Of a DNA stretch of 64,000 nt, positions 39,999 to 53,200 are shown in pieces. Position numbers and translations under genes: made by a program. The stretch is from Rhizophagus irregularis. Taxonomy: Eukaryota. How positions within the stretch are numbered: the first letter of the stretch is position 1; each line of letters opens with the position of its first letter. The notes under the pieces are model-generated. The model saw only the letters and a list, made by a program, of their open reading frames with translations, was not told where the DNA came from and ran no database searches. The stretch lies in NCBI RefSeq assembly GCF_026210795.1, contig NC_089433.1:3224001-3288000 (forward strand), read 5' to 3'.

Positions 39999-40557
39999 AG
40001 AGTACGGCCATTATAGTATTGCCGAAATGATTTTTTTTTTAAATACTAATTTTAATAAATGTATATTATACTTAAATTAAATAGTACAGTGGTTAGATCG
40101 TGAGATATGATATTGTAAGTTGAGGTAACCGGTTCGGTTCCTAAGGTGAGTAAAAATAAATAAATAAATATAATTTAATTAAAATATACACATGTAATCA
40201 TATATATGCGTTAATATACAGTGCGTTGAACAACAATGCATAATGTGTTGCACTACAAATTAGAGTTGAACGACGCGTATATTAACATTATGCGCTGATA
40301 TACTCCAATATATGGGTGTTGATTAATATTGTTAATCATGTTGAACAACTAGCTGGTGTTGATCAACGCGTATACTGGTGTGAATCAACGCTTTTCAAAC
40401 TTGCTGATGATAGATGGAATTGAAATTATTATATTTATATTAAAATTTATGGTTAAAATTTAATAGAATAAAAAAATAAAAGATAAAACGAATGAAAAAA
40501 AATGAATAAAATTTTAAAAAGAAAAAATTTTAAAAAGAAAAAGAATTTAAATTCATT

Positions 40558-42478
40558 TTATGTATTATAAATTTTATTTAACTTTTCAATTCTTTTTCTT
40601 TTGGCTTCATTCTTAAAGGCTTTGTATAACCGTTTCCCGTCAAAACGGGAAACCAGTTGGTTCGTTCTTACTAATTCCAGCCACCTTTCAAAATTTACCA
40701 CTCCTATTTTTTTTGCGGTAAATAGGTAAGGATCTAAATCTGAAAAGGCATAAACAATATTATAATTATCTGATGCCATTTCCAGTAATCTTTTAGCTCT
40801 CACCGCCTTGTTTAAAATTGTAGATATAGTGGTAGCCTTTAACCGTGGTGCTATTTGATCTGGTAATTTTGATGATTTTTCGATCATCGTAATAACTTGA
40901 GATTTAATAGTTTCCCCTTTGTTTCGCTCATAATTTATACTGCAATAAATTTCGAGCCTTTCATAATATTCTAAGAATAAAATGAGATGCTGAAATTGCC
41001 GGCATCTTAGAATTTCAGTGGATACTTGATCTTTTAATGATAGATCGTATATGTTTAATATAATATTTGTTATTGCCGTACAGGCCAATTTTTTCTTATT
41101 TTCAAATTCTCGTGAGTCAGATAAATTGACCAATAAACTAGGATCATTTATTTCGGCAATAATATCCTGATTTATTATAGGATCATCCGGGCTTATGATT
41201 TGGTGATCCAAACTTCCTTCGCCAGTCTCTTCTTTTTCATCATTTAAAATATAGCTTATGGAAGCTCTTTTAGAAGAAACTTCAATGAGCACGAATTTGT
41301 CAATGTTAGTTGAAAAAAATTCATCCACACTGGCGATTTTGGATAAATGGTCAATAAGAAAATAATGATATTCTTCTTTATTTGGAATATCGTTATTATT
41401 CGTTGGAGGGGGGGTTGGAAGTTTATGGATATTATTGAGGAGGATGTGTAAATGACGTCCCATATTAATTGTCGATTCCGGAATACTATGGTTCTCTTCC
41501 TCATTCACTTCCTCGTCTTCTTTCTTGCCTATTTCCTCGCCTATTTCCTCGCCAAAGATTAACTGATCTTCCTTTCTTTTCTCTTCCTCGTCTTCTTTCT
41601 CATCTTTTTCTTCGCCCAGGATTAACTGCTGATCTTCCTCTCCTTTCTCATCCTCGTCTTCTTCCTCGTCTTTTTCTTCGCCCAGGATTAACTGCTGATC
41701 TTCCTCTCCTTTCTCATCCTCGTCTTCTTCCTCGCCTTTTTTTTCACCCAGGATTAACTGCTGATCTTCCTCTCCTTTCTCATCCTCGTCTTCTTCCTCG
41801 TCTTTTTCCTCGCCTAGAAATAACTGATCTTCCTCTCCTTTCTCATTCTCTTCGTTTTCCTCTATATCCATTTTTTCGTCAGGAGCTATCTTTTCTCCGC
41901 CATCGTCATGGATTATCTTATCCTCTTCGTTTTCCTCTATATCCATTTTCTCACCATCCTCGTCAGGAACTACCTTTTCTCCACCATAGTCATGAATTAA
42001 CTGATCTTGCATTTCCTCATCCTCCTCACCCTCCTCATCCTCAATAATATCAATTGTTTTATCACTTTCATAACCGTAGTGATAAACATCATCTTCTGTT
42101 ACTTCACCATCATTATCATTAATATTATCTTTATTGTGATCTATATCAACGACTGGTACCTGAAATTTATGACCGTTTGGCAATTCTAATAATATGCTAG
42201 ATTCGTCGATAATTGCTTTTTTATAACCACATTCTTTTAAAAATCTTTGTGTCTTTAGTATTGACGACAATAATTCTATTATATATACAATAAAATATTT
42301 AATTATTTACTATATATAATAAATAAATTAATAAATGCAATAAAAATACTTTTATACTTGCTTTATTATTATCGCCTTTTTCTGCTATGAATGTAGAAAT
42401 ATCAGACGTCGCTGCTGCACTTGTTCCTGCAAGTGAAGAATCAGACATTTTTGATGGAATGAATGGAATGAAAGACAT
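40558..42478 (-). CDS. Hypothetical protein with acidic 22-aa repeats and a helical C-terminal domain; probable transposon cargo or accessory gene
   Basis: 570-aa open frame plus a likely first exon (ATG 42478 or 42448, intron about 42357-42276); 66-nt tandem units at about 41550-41850 (GEEKDEEEDEDEKGEEDQQLIL). Confidence 0.7.
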
Positions 42479-43109
42479 TTTTGATGGAATGAAAAAAGCA
42501 GTATATAAGAAAATAATAAGCGATAGCGATAATATAAAATAATTTTTTGGAATTAATATGATGAAATAAAAAAGGCAGTATATAAGAAAATAATAAGCGA
42601 TAGTGATAATATAAAATAATTTTTTGAAATTAGTATGAAAGATGCTGGATGATGAGATAGGGGAAGATAGGCTATTTATATTCAATTTGAGATGACTCGA
42701 ATCAACATTTAGAAAATAAAAACAAAGGAGATTTAGAAAATAAAACAAAGGAGGTAGATATTAGCATCATTGTTTAAAATTTTGTTCTTCCGTTATTATT
42801 AAAAATTTTATTACAACGTATTGTTAAAATTTTATTCTTCCGTTATTATTAAAAATTATATTACAACGTATTGTTTATTCCGTTATTATTAAAAATCATT
42901 TGAGTTTCTTTATTATTGTTCAAAATCTACCGTTTTGTTCACATTTTCTATTTATATATATCTATATTCAGACTCGGATTCTGATTCTGAGGAGGTCAGT
43001 AATTTTTTTTACGAATCAATATTGTTTAAATATTAAAAAAAAACTAATGTAATAAAATAGCCGATCTCCCGCTGTGGCAAAAAATTGGCTGATCCATATA
43101 TTTATTGCT

Positions 43110-43412
43110 GACTAATTATTTTTTTTAAATTTATTTATTACAATTTTAGACTATAAATAGTATTAAGTATCCATATTTAATAAATCATATAAATAAATAA
43201 TAATAAATCATATAATTTAATAAATTATATAAATAAATAATTGTAAAAAATATAGCTAATTATTTTTTTTAAATTTATTTATTACAATTTTAGACTATAA
43301 ATAGTATTAAGTATCCATTATTTTATTATATTTAATAAATCATATAAATAAATAATAATAAATCATATAATTTAATAAATTATATAAATAAATAATTGTA
43401 AAAAATATAGCT
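43110..43412. repeat. Tandem duplication of about 145-155 bp
   Basis: CTAATTATTTTTTTTAAATTTATTTATTACAATTTTAGACTATAAATAG at about 43112 and 43256. Confidence 0.85.
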
Positions 43413-44149
43413 TTAAACAGTCTAGCGCGACAAAGTTGTTACGTATAAACCTAATCTAGTTATTAAATACTAAGTTTTTTCTGTAAGTTCTTTCTGTTTT
43501 TGTCATTTTTGTACAAAATTCTGTTCATATATGCCGATTTTTGGAATTAGTCTAAATTAAGATTTTTATAAAAATTTAATATTTTAGTAAGATTAACATT
43601 ACACAAATCTAAATTAAATATGTGTTACATATTTACGTAACTCAGATTTAATAAAAAATAAAAAAATTTTTTTAATCAATATTCAAAAATAACGGTAATA
43701 ACCACTTCTTTTTCCCCATCACCCCCATCACTTTTCCATCATTTTTCTATTCACTTTTATTAAATATGACAAAAAAGTTTATAAGCAAATATAGCAGTTA
43801 TTTTTAAGTGGTAAGTAAAAGAAAAAACTTAATATTTTATATACATAGATAAGACATATTTTTTCATAATTTTTAGCTTTAATTTATTGTATTTTCTTTG
43901 TAAAAAATACATGCAAATAAAAAATAATTATGATGTAAAATAGTTGTAAAATGAATAATAAGATATTCTTTTTTTTAAAATAACTAATTATATATTTGTT
44001 TTTTATCTTTTAAAATTATTTCATTAGATTTATTCTACTAAAATCCTTAAATGGCAAATAAAATCTTTTAAATAAAGTAAAAGAATTTGGGATTCTCTTA
44101 TGAAAGCATTTTTTGGTAAGAAATAAAATTTTCAGATCGGACTTTATGC

Positions 44150-44800
44150 AGGTGACAAAATCGTGCATTATTATTCCTGGAGATATGCTAACGTCATCAT
44201 TTTACATTCATTTGAAAGCTGAGAATTTGCTCTATCGTAAGAATCAAAGATCAGGAAAATTGGATCACTGGATGAGGCGTAATTAACGATCAAAGTCAAA
44301 TCAAATTTAAAAATTAAAAATAAATATATTAGACGTAATTATTCACAATCCAGTGATTCAATTCATTCGATTTTAGGCTTATTAGATAGACCTCAATTTT
44401 CTCTTTCAAATGAATATAATTTCATTCGTGTAGCTTGCATCTACAGGTATTTAATAAATTTTTTTATATCAGATTTTATCAAACTTACAAAATTTTATAT
44501 TAATAATATAATTGATGATTCCTAAACATCTACATATATTAAACGAATTATTTTAAATTTATTTTAAAGATAAAAGTTGGCATCACCTCAGGGAGCAAAG
44601 ATCATTCAAATTGAATCACTATATGTGAAGTAATTAATGATCAAATTTAGATAAAATTCAATAATATACTGAATGTGATTACTGAACAACTAGTGATTCA
44701 ATTCACTTGATTTTAGATTCATTAGATAGATCTCGATTTTCTCTTTCAAATGAATGTAAATTTATTTGTATAGCTTATTTCTACGAAGAATTATCAATGA
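44150..44800. repeat. Degenerate long inverted repeats, probable old MITE copies
   Basis: CATTCATTTGAAAG...TTGGATCACTGGA (44204-44272) is inverted at 44349-44420 (CCAGTGATTCAA...CTTTCAAATGAAT) and the latter recurs at 44691-44760. Confidence 0.5.
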
Positions 44801-45199
44801 TTTTGTCATGAGAGTTATATTTGATCTTTTAAATTTTAATGATATCTTATATTAAAAAAAAATTAAAAATTATATAATTAATTAGTTTTTTTTGCATTAT
44901 CTGGTATAAATTTATTATTCTTATATAAATGATAATTTATATTTGCTTTAATAAAATTATTTTTGTGTAAAAAAATTAGATTCCAAGGATCGGCCCATAT
45001 GTTATAGTAGTAGTGTGAAGTTCTTCTATAATTATTAGTTACTATTTGCCATTATTATTATGTATTATGAAACTCCCTTTCTGTCGTATTGTTATGATTT
45101 TTGATTACAGAATTCCGTCTGACTGTCAGTCAGACTGTCAGTCATCTTCTTGAACATCATTCATTTTGAATGTCACAATTACAGCTTAAATTTAAAGTT

Positions 45200-45660
45200 C
45201 AAAGTCCGAATAATCAAATTCTTGCGAATTTTCTTAAATTAAACAGTAGATCGGACTTTAAACATTAAAAAATAAGCAGTATTAAGAAAAATTCTCGCGA
45301 ATTTTTCTTAAATTAAGCAGTAGATCGGACTTTGAACATTAAAATTAAGCGGTATTAAGGAAAATTCTCGCGAATTTTTCTTAAATTAAGCAGTAGATTG
45401 GACTTTGAACATTAAAATTAAGCAGTATTAAGGAAAATTCTCGCGAATTTTTCTTAAATTAAGCAGTAGATCGGACTTTAAACATTAAAATTAAGCAGTA
45501 TTTTGCGCTTTAAAAATTAAATACTATTAAGAAAATTTTGCGCGAATTTTTATTGATGATCGTAATTTAAATTGGACGTTAGTAATAAGAAAATTTTACT
45601 GATCAGGGTTTGTACTTTAAAAAAATTTATTAAGGAAATTATCCCGAATTTTTATTAATG
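45200..45660. repeat. Palindromic repeat array, units of about 73 bp
   Basis: AAGCAGTATTAAGGAAAATTCTCGCGAATTTTTCTTAAATTAAGCAGTAGATCGGACTTT in at least four copies; same family as 30365 and 35870. Confidence 0.8.
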
Positions 45661-46079
45661 AATGCGATGGATGTGGTATATGATGAAAGATCGCATTCAT
45701 GCCTTCTGAGCATGTTTTTTCTTTAAAATATTTTTTGGTGACGTATTGTATCTGTTTAAATAGAATTTTTTACCATTTTTATATTGCGTCCATGTAACAA
45801 GAAGGGTTTAGGTTGATTCGAAAAATCTTCCTGATTTAAAATACTATGCGATAGTCTATTCTATCGTTTCACTTGATTTGGCGTTCGTTCGATATCAAAC
45901 CGCAATTTGGAATATTCTTTATAATATACCCGTTTTGGTGAGTGTCACTGAGTGATCGTAAGCAATATTAGCAGGATTTTCCATAACCTTCATTTTTCCT
46001 GTATGGTATTTTCGTAGTGTGACTTATAACTGGCATCTAACCTACTGGAGTGTATTCTTTTAAGTTGGGCGTGGGGTCT

Positions 46080-46804
46080 ACCGTATGTAGGGTTGACAAC
46101 GCCGTATCTAGTATAAAGTTGTAAAGTTAATAAAAACAATAAAAACAAATACAATATCCAGTACAACTATAGAAAATACGTTATAAACGTATGAATTTAA
46201 TATAGTATACACAGTCTATAGAATAATACATTATATACGTATGGATTAAATATACCGTATCCTTCATTTATAATATTTTTTGCGAACAGTATACAAAATA
46301 CTGATATACAGTAGAAATAGTATACGTTTCAAACGTATGAATTTAGATACCGTATCACACAGTATGTTTACCGTATACTTTATTGTATTTTTTGCTAAAC
46401 ACATTTTGCGAACAGTATACATTATACTGTTATACAGTATATAAAAATATGAACCGTATCAAAGATACATGTATACAGTGTAAAAACCGTATGCATATTT
46501 TTTATAGGGCAGTATAAAATATACGATTTATCCTGGAAAAGTATACTCGCAATATAAAATATAAAACAATATACTGTTTATTAGTATAAAACATACGGTT
46601 TTTCTACTGTTTACAAGTATAAAACATATGGGTGAAACTGGAAAAATATACTGTATGCAAACCGTATATATGATACAGTGTGCAGAATACTGAATATATA
46701 CAGTATGTAAAAATACTGTAATTATACGGTAATAATACTATAAATATACTGTTCGCAAAATACGAAAATACAGTATACTAACTGTATATATTTTTTTTAT
46801 AGGG
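46080..46804. mobile_element. Two CCCTATA-type right termini with subterminal short repeats
   Basis: TTTTTTATAGGG ends at 46509 and 46804, the same terminus as the 200-bp MITE, preceded by dense ATACAGTAT/CCGTAT repeats; no matching left ends found. Confidence 0.5.
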
Positions 46805-47235
46805 AATAAGATTTTAATACGTGTGCATATCCATTAAATCGCAATGCAATTTTAAAAATTAATTATTTTTTGATTTATAAATCTAGCAATAGCAAATCCA
46901 TTTACGTTAATAAAAAATGCGAATTTTACAATTCTCATTAAGTCTTACTACTCTTAAAATAAAATAACAATATTAACGTTAATAATAAAATAAATTCAAT
47001 AATCATAATTAATTTGTAGTGATAAACTACATGTTCTTTTCTCTTCTCTAGAATAATGTAAAACTGTAATTTCATTATTAGATAAAATTGATATATATAA
47101 CACGACATGATATAATATAAAACGCGTTAAATTAATCCATCCTCAATTCTTTAATAGTAAAAATGCATTCTCTAAATAAATAATATAAAATTCCCACATT
47201 CTATACATATAATCGAAATATAAAGCAAATATATT

Positions 47236-47935
47236 CTATTTAAATTCTTTTTCAAACATAGGATTAACAGTGATTTGTTTTTCAATAGGTAAAGAAGGAT
47301 TTTTAGTATATCGTATAACTTCCTTAATAATGTCGTACGATAGACCTATATTATTGATAAATCTATTTTCAAATAATTCAAACAATTGCAAAGTATCAGA
47401 TTGATCAAAATAATTTTTATAATCTCCATTACTATTTAATATTTTTCTTATTTCGCCAACAAAATTTTCAAACATTGCGTCATTATTAAACTTTAATAAT
47501 TTACTTGCAGTAACTTTTTTTGCACAAACAATCATAACAGAGGGCATTGAAAAATCCCTATAAACCAAATATGTCCTTTTAGATTTAAGATAAAAATTTC
47601 TCGCCTTCTTACAATCATAAACGAACTTTCGATTTTTTTTAAAAGAAAATAAATGTGCAATTCCAGTTCCTTTTATTAATCCAGTAACTACATTTCTTGG
47701 ATGAATACCCGAGATTTCATCATCAATTGCTAATTCTATTTGATTCAAATATAGCCCAATTCTATAATAATACAACAAATCAATACCATTTTCCGTAATG
47801 GATTTTAAATTGAAATTAAATGGCAAAGAATCAGGTATAGTTATTAATTCGTTTTTTAGTTCTAACAAGTCACTTGCTTCTTCGGTTAAAATTAAACTTT
47901 TATCAATAAGAGATTTTAACGATATTAAATTCAGT
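47236..47935 (-). pseudogene. 5'-truncated hypothetical gene, homologue of 55525-56850
   Basis: KSLIDKSLILTEE..ELKNELITI and LLYYYRIGLYLNQI align by eye with KSLDINKSLKLSK..ELKDSIISV and LLNYYRTGAYLNKV; the frame is cut at the CACTA terminus at 47936. Confidence 0.6.
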
Positions 47936-48749
47936 CACTAGTCGAAATAAGAAATTTCGGACATGTGACTTTCGGCTAAGTTTCGGAATAAATTTCAGCC
48001 AAAATTCGTCTGAATTTAATTTCAGCTTAATTTCGACTCACATGATTTCTGAAGTTTTATTCTGAAGTTCTTCTGAAGTTCTTCTAATGTTCTGATTTTT
48101 CAAAGTTCTGATCATTATATAAAACTCGGTTTCCGAAATTTATTATGAACAAGTGACACTTATGTAAAACTCAAAAAAAAAGAATTTATGTAAAATCCAA
48201 TAAAAAGCAACAACTTCCGTCAAATTTCAACTAACAAAAATGAAGATTTATTATTATTATTTTTAACAAATGTTAAATTTTCTATTAACAGGATTTACGG
48301 CCAAATATTCTCTCGCATTTTTCCTATCCAAAATTTTATATTTTATTGGCACCATCAGTAAGATTTTGGGTGGTGTATACTAGCGTTAATTAACGCCAAT
48401 TGACACTAGTGTAGTTTAATGCTTTAAAATGTAGAAAAACTAACCCTATAATGACTGATACTATCAAAATACGTGTATAAAAATGCAGTTTAGTGTTAAA
48501 CAACACGTATCATGTGTTAGTTGATTTGTATTGTACAATACACACATAGTATTGAAAAATACATTTATTTACATGTATATTTTAGTTGAAAAATGCATAA
48601 AAAAGTGTTGATTTACACATTTATTTACATGAAAATATGCATTTTTTATCTAATTATTTAACTAATGTAAATATCTAATATAGATCTATATATATGAAAT
48701 AAGTTTTCAAAAGTAAACTCAAAAACAATTGTGCTTACAAAAAATAACC

Positions 48750-50085
48750 TCCAGTTTCCAGGTACCGATTTAAAGCCCTTTTGCCGGGTAATCTAATATC
48801 TTGCTTTGAAATCATAAAAATTCTATTTAAACCTACAAAAAAAAGAAAAAAAAACATTAAAAATAATAATAAAAAAAATAAAATAAAACAATCTCATAAA
48901 GAAACTTACTGTTTAGTTCCAATACAGTGAATACACTTTGAAACTTCAGGACCTATATAATAAAAAAAAAAGAAACATTGAATAAGTTTTTTATGAAGAA
49001 AAATAAATAAGTTTCGTTTCAAAATTCGAAACTTACCATCCAAAACCAATTGAAGGCGGAACTAACTAAATAATAATAAAATAATTCGTTTCGCAACAGA
49101 ATGTTGCGAAACTTACAGTCCGAAAATTCCCAACACGTTCCGGTTACAAAAAAAAGTAAAATAGAAATGTTAACTAACGTTTCTAAAATAAAATGAAAAA
49201 AAATTTATTTCACAGCGGGACGTTGTAAAACTTACAATTCAAACGTTTTTAGCGCGTTCCTGATCCGAGGTAACACTTTGATCCTACAAAAAGGATAAAG
49301 GAGACGTTAGCAAACGTTTCCTAATAAAAATAAAAAAATATATTTTAAAGTTTCGAAGTGAAACTCTTCGAAACTTACCTTCAATCTGAAACCAAAACTT
49401 TCTCGAATCTTGGATTTGAAACTGTATACCTAAATAAATAAAAGAAAAAGGAAATGTTAGTAAACATTTCCTAATTTAAAAAAAAATCAAAAAATTAACA
49501 GAAGTTTCATAACGAAATGTACGAAACTTACCGTTTCAGAACCCATATCCAATACTGAATATTTAACTCTATAAAAAATAAAGGAGACGTTTAGTTAGAA
49601 CGTTTCCTAATAAAAAAATTTTTTTAAAAAAGTTTCGAGATAAATGGCTCGAAACTTACCATTCCGTTTCCTCTAAAATTGAATATGCCAAAAGTACTAC
49701 AAAAAAAAAATTATGGAAACATTAGTAACGTTTCCTAATAGAAATTAAAAAAAAAATTATTTAAAAAAAGTTTTGAGGTGAATGCCTCAAAACTTACCAT
49801 TTCGCCCGAAGTACAACAATGGTCCTACAAAAAAAAACCAAAGGAACGTTCCCTCATAAAATTAAGAAAAAAATAACTTTAAAAAAAAGTTTCGAAGCTT
49901 TCGCTTTGAAACTTACTATTTTGGAAATGGGAAAACGAATAAGAAAAGGGGAAAAAGGGAAGGGAATAACGAAAGAGGAGAAGGGGAGAACGAAAACAAA
50001 AAGGGAAAGGAGATAACGAAAGAGAAGGAGAAGGGGAGAACAAAAAGGGAAAGGGGAGAACGAAAGAGAAAAAAGGAAAGTCGTG
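48750..50085 (-). ncRNA. Predicted spliced non-coding micro-exon transcript
   Basis: Pyrimidine-rich first exon ending at 49917, then exons 49798-49824, 49660-49696, 49532-49568, 49379-49429, 49236-49283, about 49117-49143 (acceptor mutated), 49037-49061, 48910-48952. All donors are GTAAGTTT. All three frames hit a stop within the first three micro-exons. Confidence 0.55.
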
Positions 50086-50087
50086 AG

Positions 50088-50202
50088 AAAAAAATTAAGC
50101 TTTTGCTAAAAAAAAAGCTTAATTTTTTTTTTCGCAATACCGCAGCACTGCAGCAGGCGCAGCGGTAATTATTAATCCAGTATCACGTGATACATGTGAT
50201 AT
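50088..50202 (-). promoter_or_regulatory. Conserved palindromic block upstream of the micro-exon array (copy 2)
   Basis: Same three palindromes as 39903-39998, including the E-box TCACGTGA. Confidence 0.55.
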
Positions 50203-53200
50203 GTAGATTTATATAAATAAGGGGCTTTTTCCTGAAATTTTTTTTTATATTTTTTTTAATAGATGTATATATGTGCTTATATATACATATATATATATCT
50301 ATTAACTTTAATACTTTACGAAAAGCCCCTCCTCTATAAATAGGTAGAGGTCATAAAGTACCTATAGGGGGAGAACTATTGCTGCTCCCTCTGCCTGTTT
50401 TATAGTGATAAAAAGAGGGAGTCTTCAGTAGTAAGGTTTGATGTGTATTTATACACATTAATTAGTAATATTAAACAACACAATAAACTACACCTAGTAT
50501 TAAAAAGTATGTATAATGTTAAAAAACACTAATAAAAATGGTTGTATTTCTATACTAAATTGCAGTATAACAAACTTCGTATTTATATATATTGCTTATT
50601 GGCATTTAACAATATGTTAAACTACATTTGTGTTGAAAAATATGTATAGTATTAATAAATGGTAATAACAACTAGTGTATTTTTATACTAAATTTTAATA
50701 AAACAACATTTTGTATTTGTTTACATTGATTGATGGCATTAAACTACATTGCATATCATATTGAACTATACTTGACATCAAACAACATAAAAAAACTTGT
50801 ATAATTATATGTATATAACAGCATTCAGTATTAATCATTACAGTATACAGTATTAAACAATAGGATATATCATATTAAACAACTTCTTAATGTTAATTAA
50901 CACTAAAATTATATAAAGCAACACTTTTAAAACTTGCTGATGACAAATCTACTGAGAATATTATGCACTGGAATTATGCAATCTCGACCTTCAGGGTAAA
51001 ATTCAGTACCCCAAAGTTCGACATTGCAAATTTCATCGTCTTCAATACTGAAATAATAACGAGAATTCGCTGGTTGATACCATTGAATGAATGCCAAATT
51101 ATGTTCCAATTCTCCATCCGGTAAGTCAACCTTGTGAGAAAAAAAGAATTGAACTTGTCCGGGATAACAATCAACGCTACCGTCTTGTGTTATAAATTTG
51201 GCTAAAATATACGAGTTCTTTACGTGTCGAGCAAACATATTTGACCCAAATGTCTCTGAACTGATTCTACATCTACCGAACTGTTTCATTTTGACGGAAA
51301 TGATCTTTGAATTCTCATGGCCTTCTCTGAATGGCTTTTGAAACTCAAGTGTTTCATAAGTCGCCAAATAGTATTCGACCAGTAAATCAAGCATTGAATT
51401 TGATATCACTACATTTTCAGAGGCGGGACCCAACATTTCACCTGGAAATGACTCGCTTCCAGTGACTATTGATTGTTGAATATTTCGCGAATTCAACCAA
51501 AATCGTTTTATTTCATCGGCTGAAAATTCGTCAACCTCTGCCAAGGATCCAACAAAAGTTCGGTTATTGAGAAGTTCTAGTCCCCTTACATTTTCTCCAG
51601 AATTTATAATACTATCAATGTGGATATCAGCCATCATTCGTCGCATAATTTCCAGTTCTATTTTCCTATGGCTATTTGGTAAGACGCCTAAAATTTAAAA
51701 TTACGATTACGCATAAATTAAGAATAAGAATATTAAACCTAAATAAATAGTTATAGTTTACCTAATATACCATTCATGCGTTCGAAGGAGAAACACCAGA
51801 ATGCGTATAAAGGTCCAAAATCATACGTACATTCACTCAAATGAAATGAAAGATGGAAATTAGGAGTAATTTTATTTCGTCCATAATGTTCCTCAATGAA
51901 CTTCACAATTTCAATCAATTTCTCATGCGATTCTCTCATAGCATCAAGTTCTAAAATTTGACTTACGAAAGCTGTACAAACTCTCACAAAATGATGGAGA
52001 ATTTTCTGATCATGTACCGAAAGGTGACTCCATAGCGATACTGTAGCATAAATTGTGAAAAAGATTTGCCATTGATCTGCTGTAAAATTTGAAAATCCTT
52101 CTCTGCAATGGATTTTCCCAGGGATTCGTCCCAAATCGGATGGAATCTGAAACTCATCCATTTTTTTTTGAATTTTTATAAACGATTGTTGGTTTAAAAT
52201 TCCTTCATCAACCCAAATTCTTTTCACTATCCATCTCACAATGCCTAGAAATAAGCAGTACATTGGATTGACAACAATGAACCTTATAGGGTCGAAGTAT
52301 AACAACCACAATAATTCTGACCATCTAACTCCAGTATCTTTCGTAAAATGTTTTCGTGAAGCATTAGAGTTACAACGTCGCCATTCATGTGCATTTTCAC
52401 GAAACTCGGCCAAATCTCAAGTAACAAACCATTCGTCTATATTGTCTATCCTGGCGAAATTATTTTGTCGATTCTCATAATTTGCTCGTTTTTTGCACCA
52501 GTGACATAATGCAAGCGCTAAAATATGTCCGCATATCTTCCTTACCACGGGAACATCACACAAAACTAGTACTAAAACTGCACGAATATTTTTTCCGTTT
52601 TGGCATTCAAATGTTCGATTTAGAGTTATTCCACTCTATAGTAATTCTAAATCATTGACAATTGGTGCTAAATAGTGATTGATTTGGTGTAAGCTCACTT
52701 CGTTAGGACCTGGTAATATTCTGAGAATTAATAAATTTTCTCTTTTAAATCAAATGTCTCGAGGCAAGTTTCAAATGGCGACATATATCACACCGGTGCT
52801 GTGAATTGTCCCTTCATAGGGTTGGAACCAATCCACATTCAGCATTAGACCGAGGTGTGAATCTGCAACTTTAGGCCGGAAAAAATTAGGCGAATCATGA
52901 TAAGAAGTATCCTTAAATGTTTACTACACTTGACCATCGTAAATGTCAGTCAATATATTTTCAGAATGTAATCGATCGGACCAATGTCTGAGTGACCTTT
53001 CGAATTCTGATCGAAGATATAGGGTTGCTAATTGTTGACGAATTGTAGAAAATGGATAAATCATCTCAATTCAATTTGACATTCTATTTAATAATCTTAT
53101 TTGATGAGATAAAGGAGTTTGGCACTTCTGGCGTCTTGATGAATTTGGAAATTCGATATGTTGACATTTCATAATGGCAAGAATTTCATCTTGACGAAAC

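Larger units (their letters stand above)
36753..40409 (-). mobile_element. Non-autonomous TIR element (copy 1) carrying a micro-exon/hairpin-intron array
   Basis: Perfect 13-bp TIR CATCAGCAAGTTT at both ends; 2-bp TSD AT (36751-52, 40410-11); splits the second copy of a host tandem repeat (compare 36595-36720 with 40410-40500); no transposase inside. Confidence 0.88.
48353..50942 (-). mobile_element. Non-autonomous TIR element (copy 2) carrying a micro-exon/hairpin-intron array
   Basis: Left CATCAGTAAGATTT, right end reverse complement CATCAGCAAGTTTT; 2-bp TSD AC (48351-52, 50943-44); excision restores the host transposase frame. Confidence 0.9.

Noticed and set aside
41256..42189. ORFs 41469-42047 (+), 41256-41504 (-) and 42007-42189 (+)
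   Set aside because: Shadow frames of the repeat-rich 570-aa gene.
45690..46080. Possible decayed coding fragment on the minus strand
   Set aside because: Short, stop-interrupted and without a recognisable motif.
48830..49920. Intronic C/D or H/ACA snoRNAs
   Set aside because: No consistent RTGATGA/CTGA or H/ACA boxes were visible by eye; a covariance-model search is needed to exclude them.
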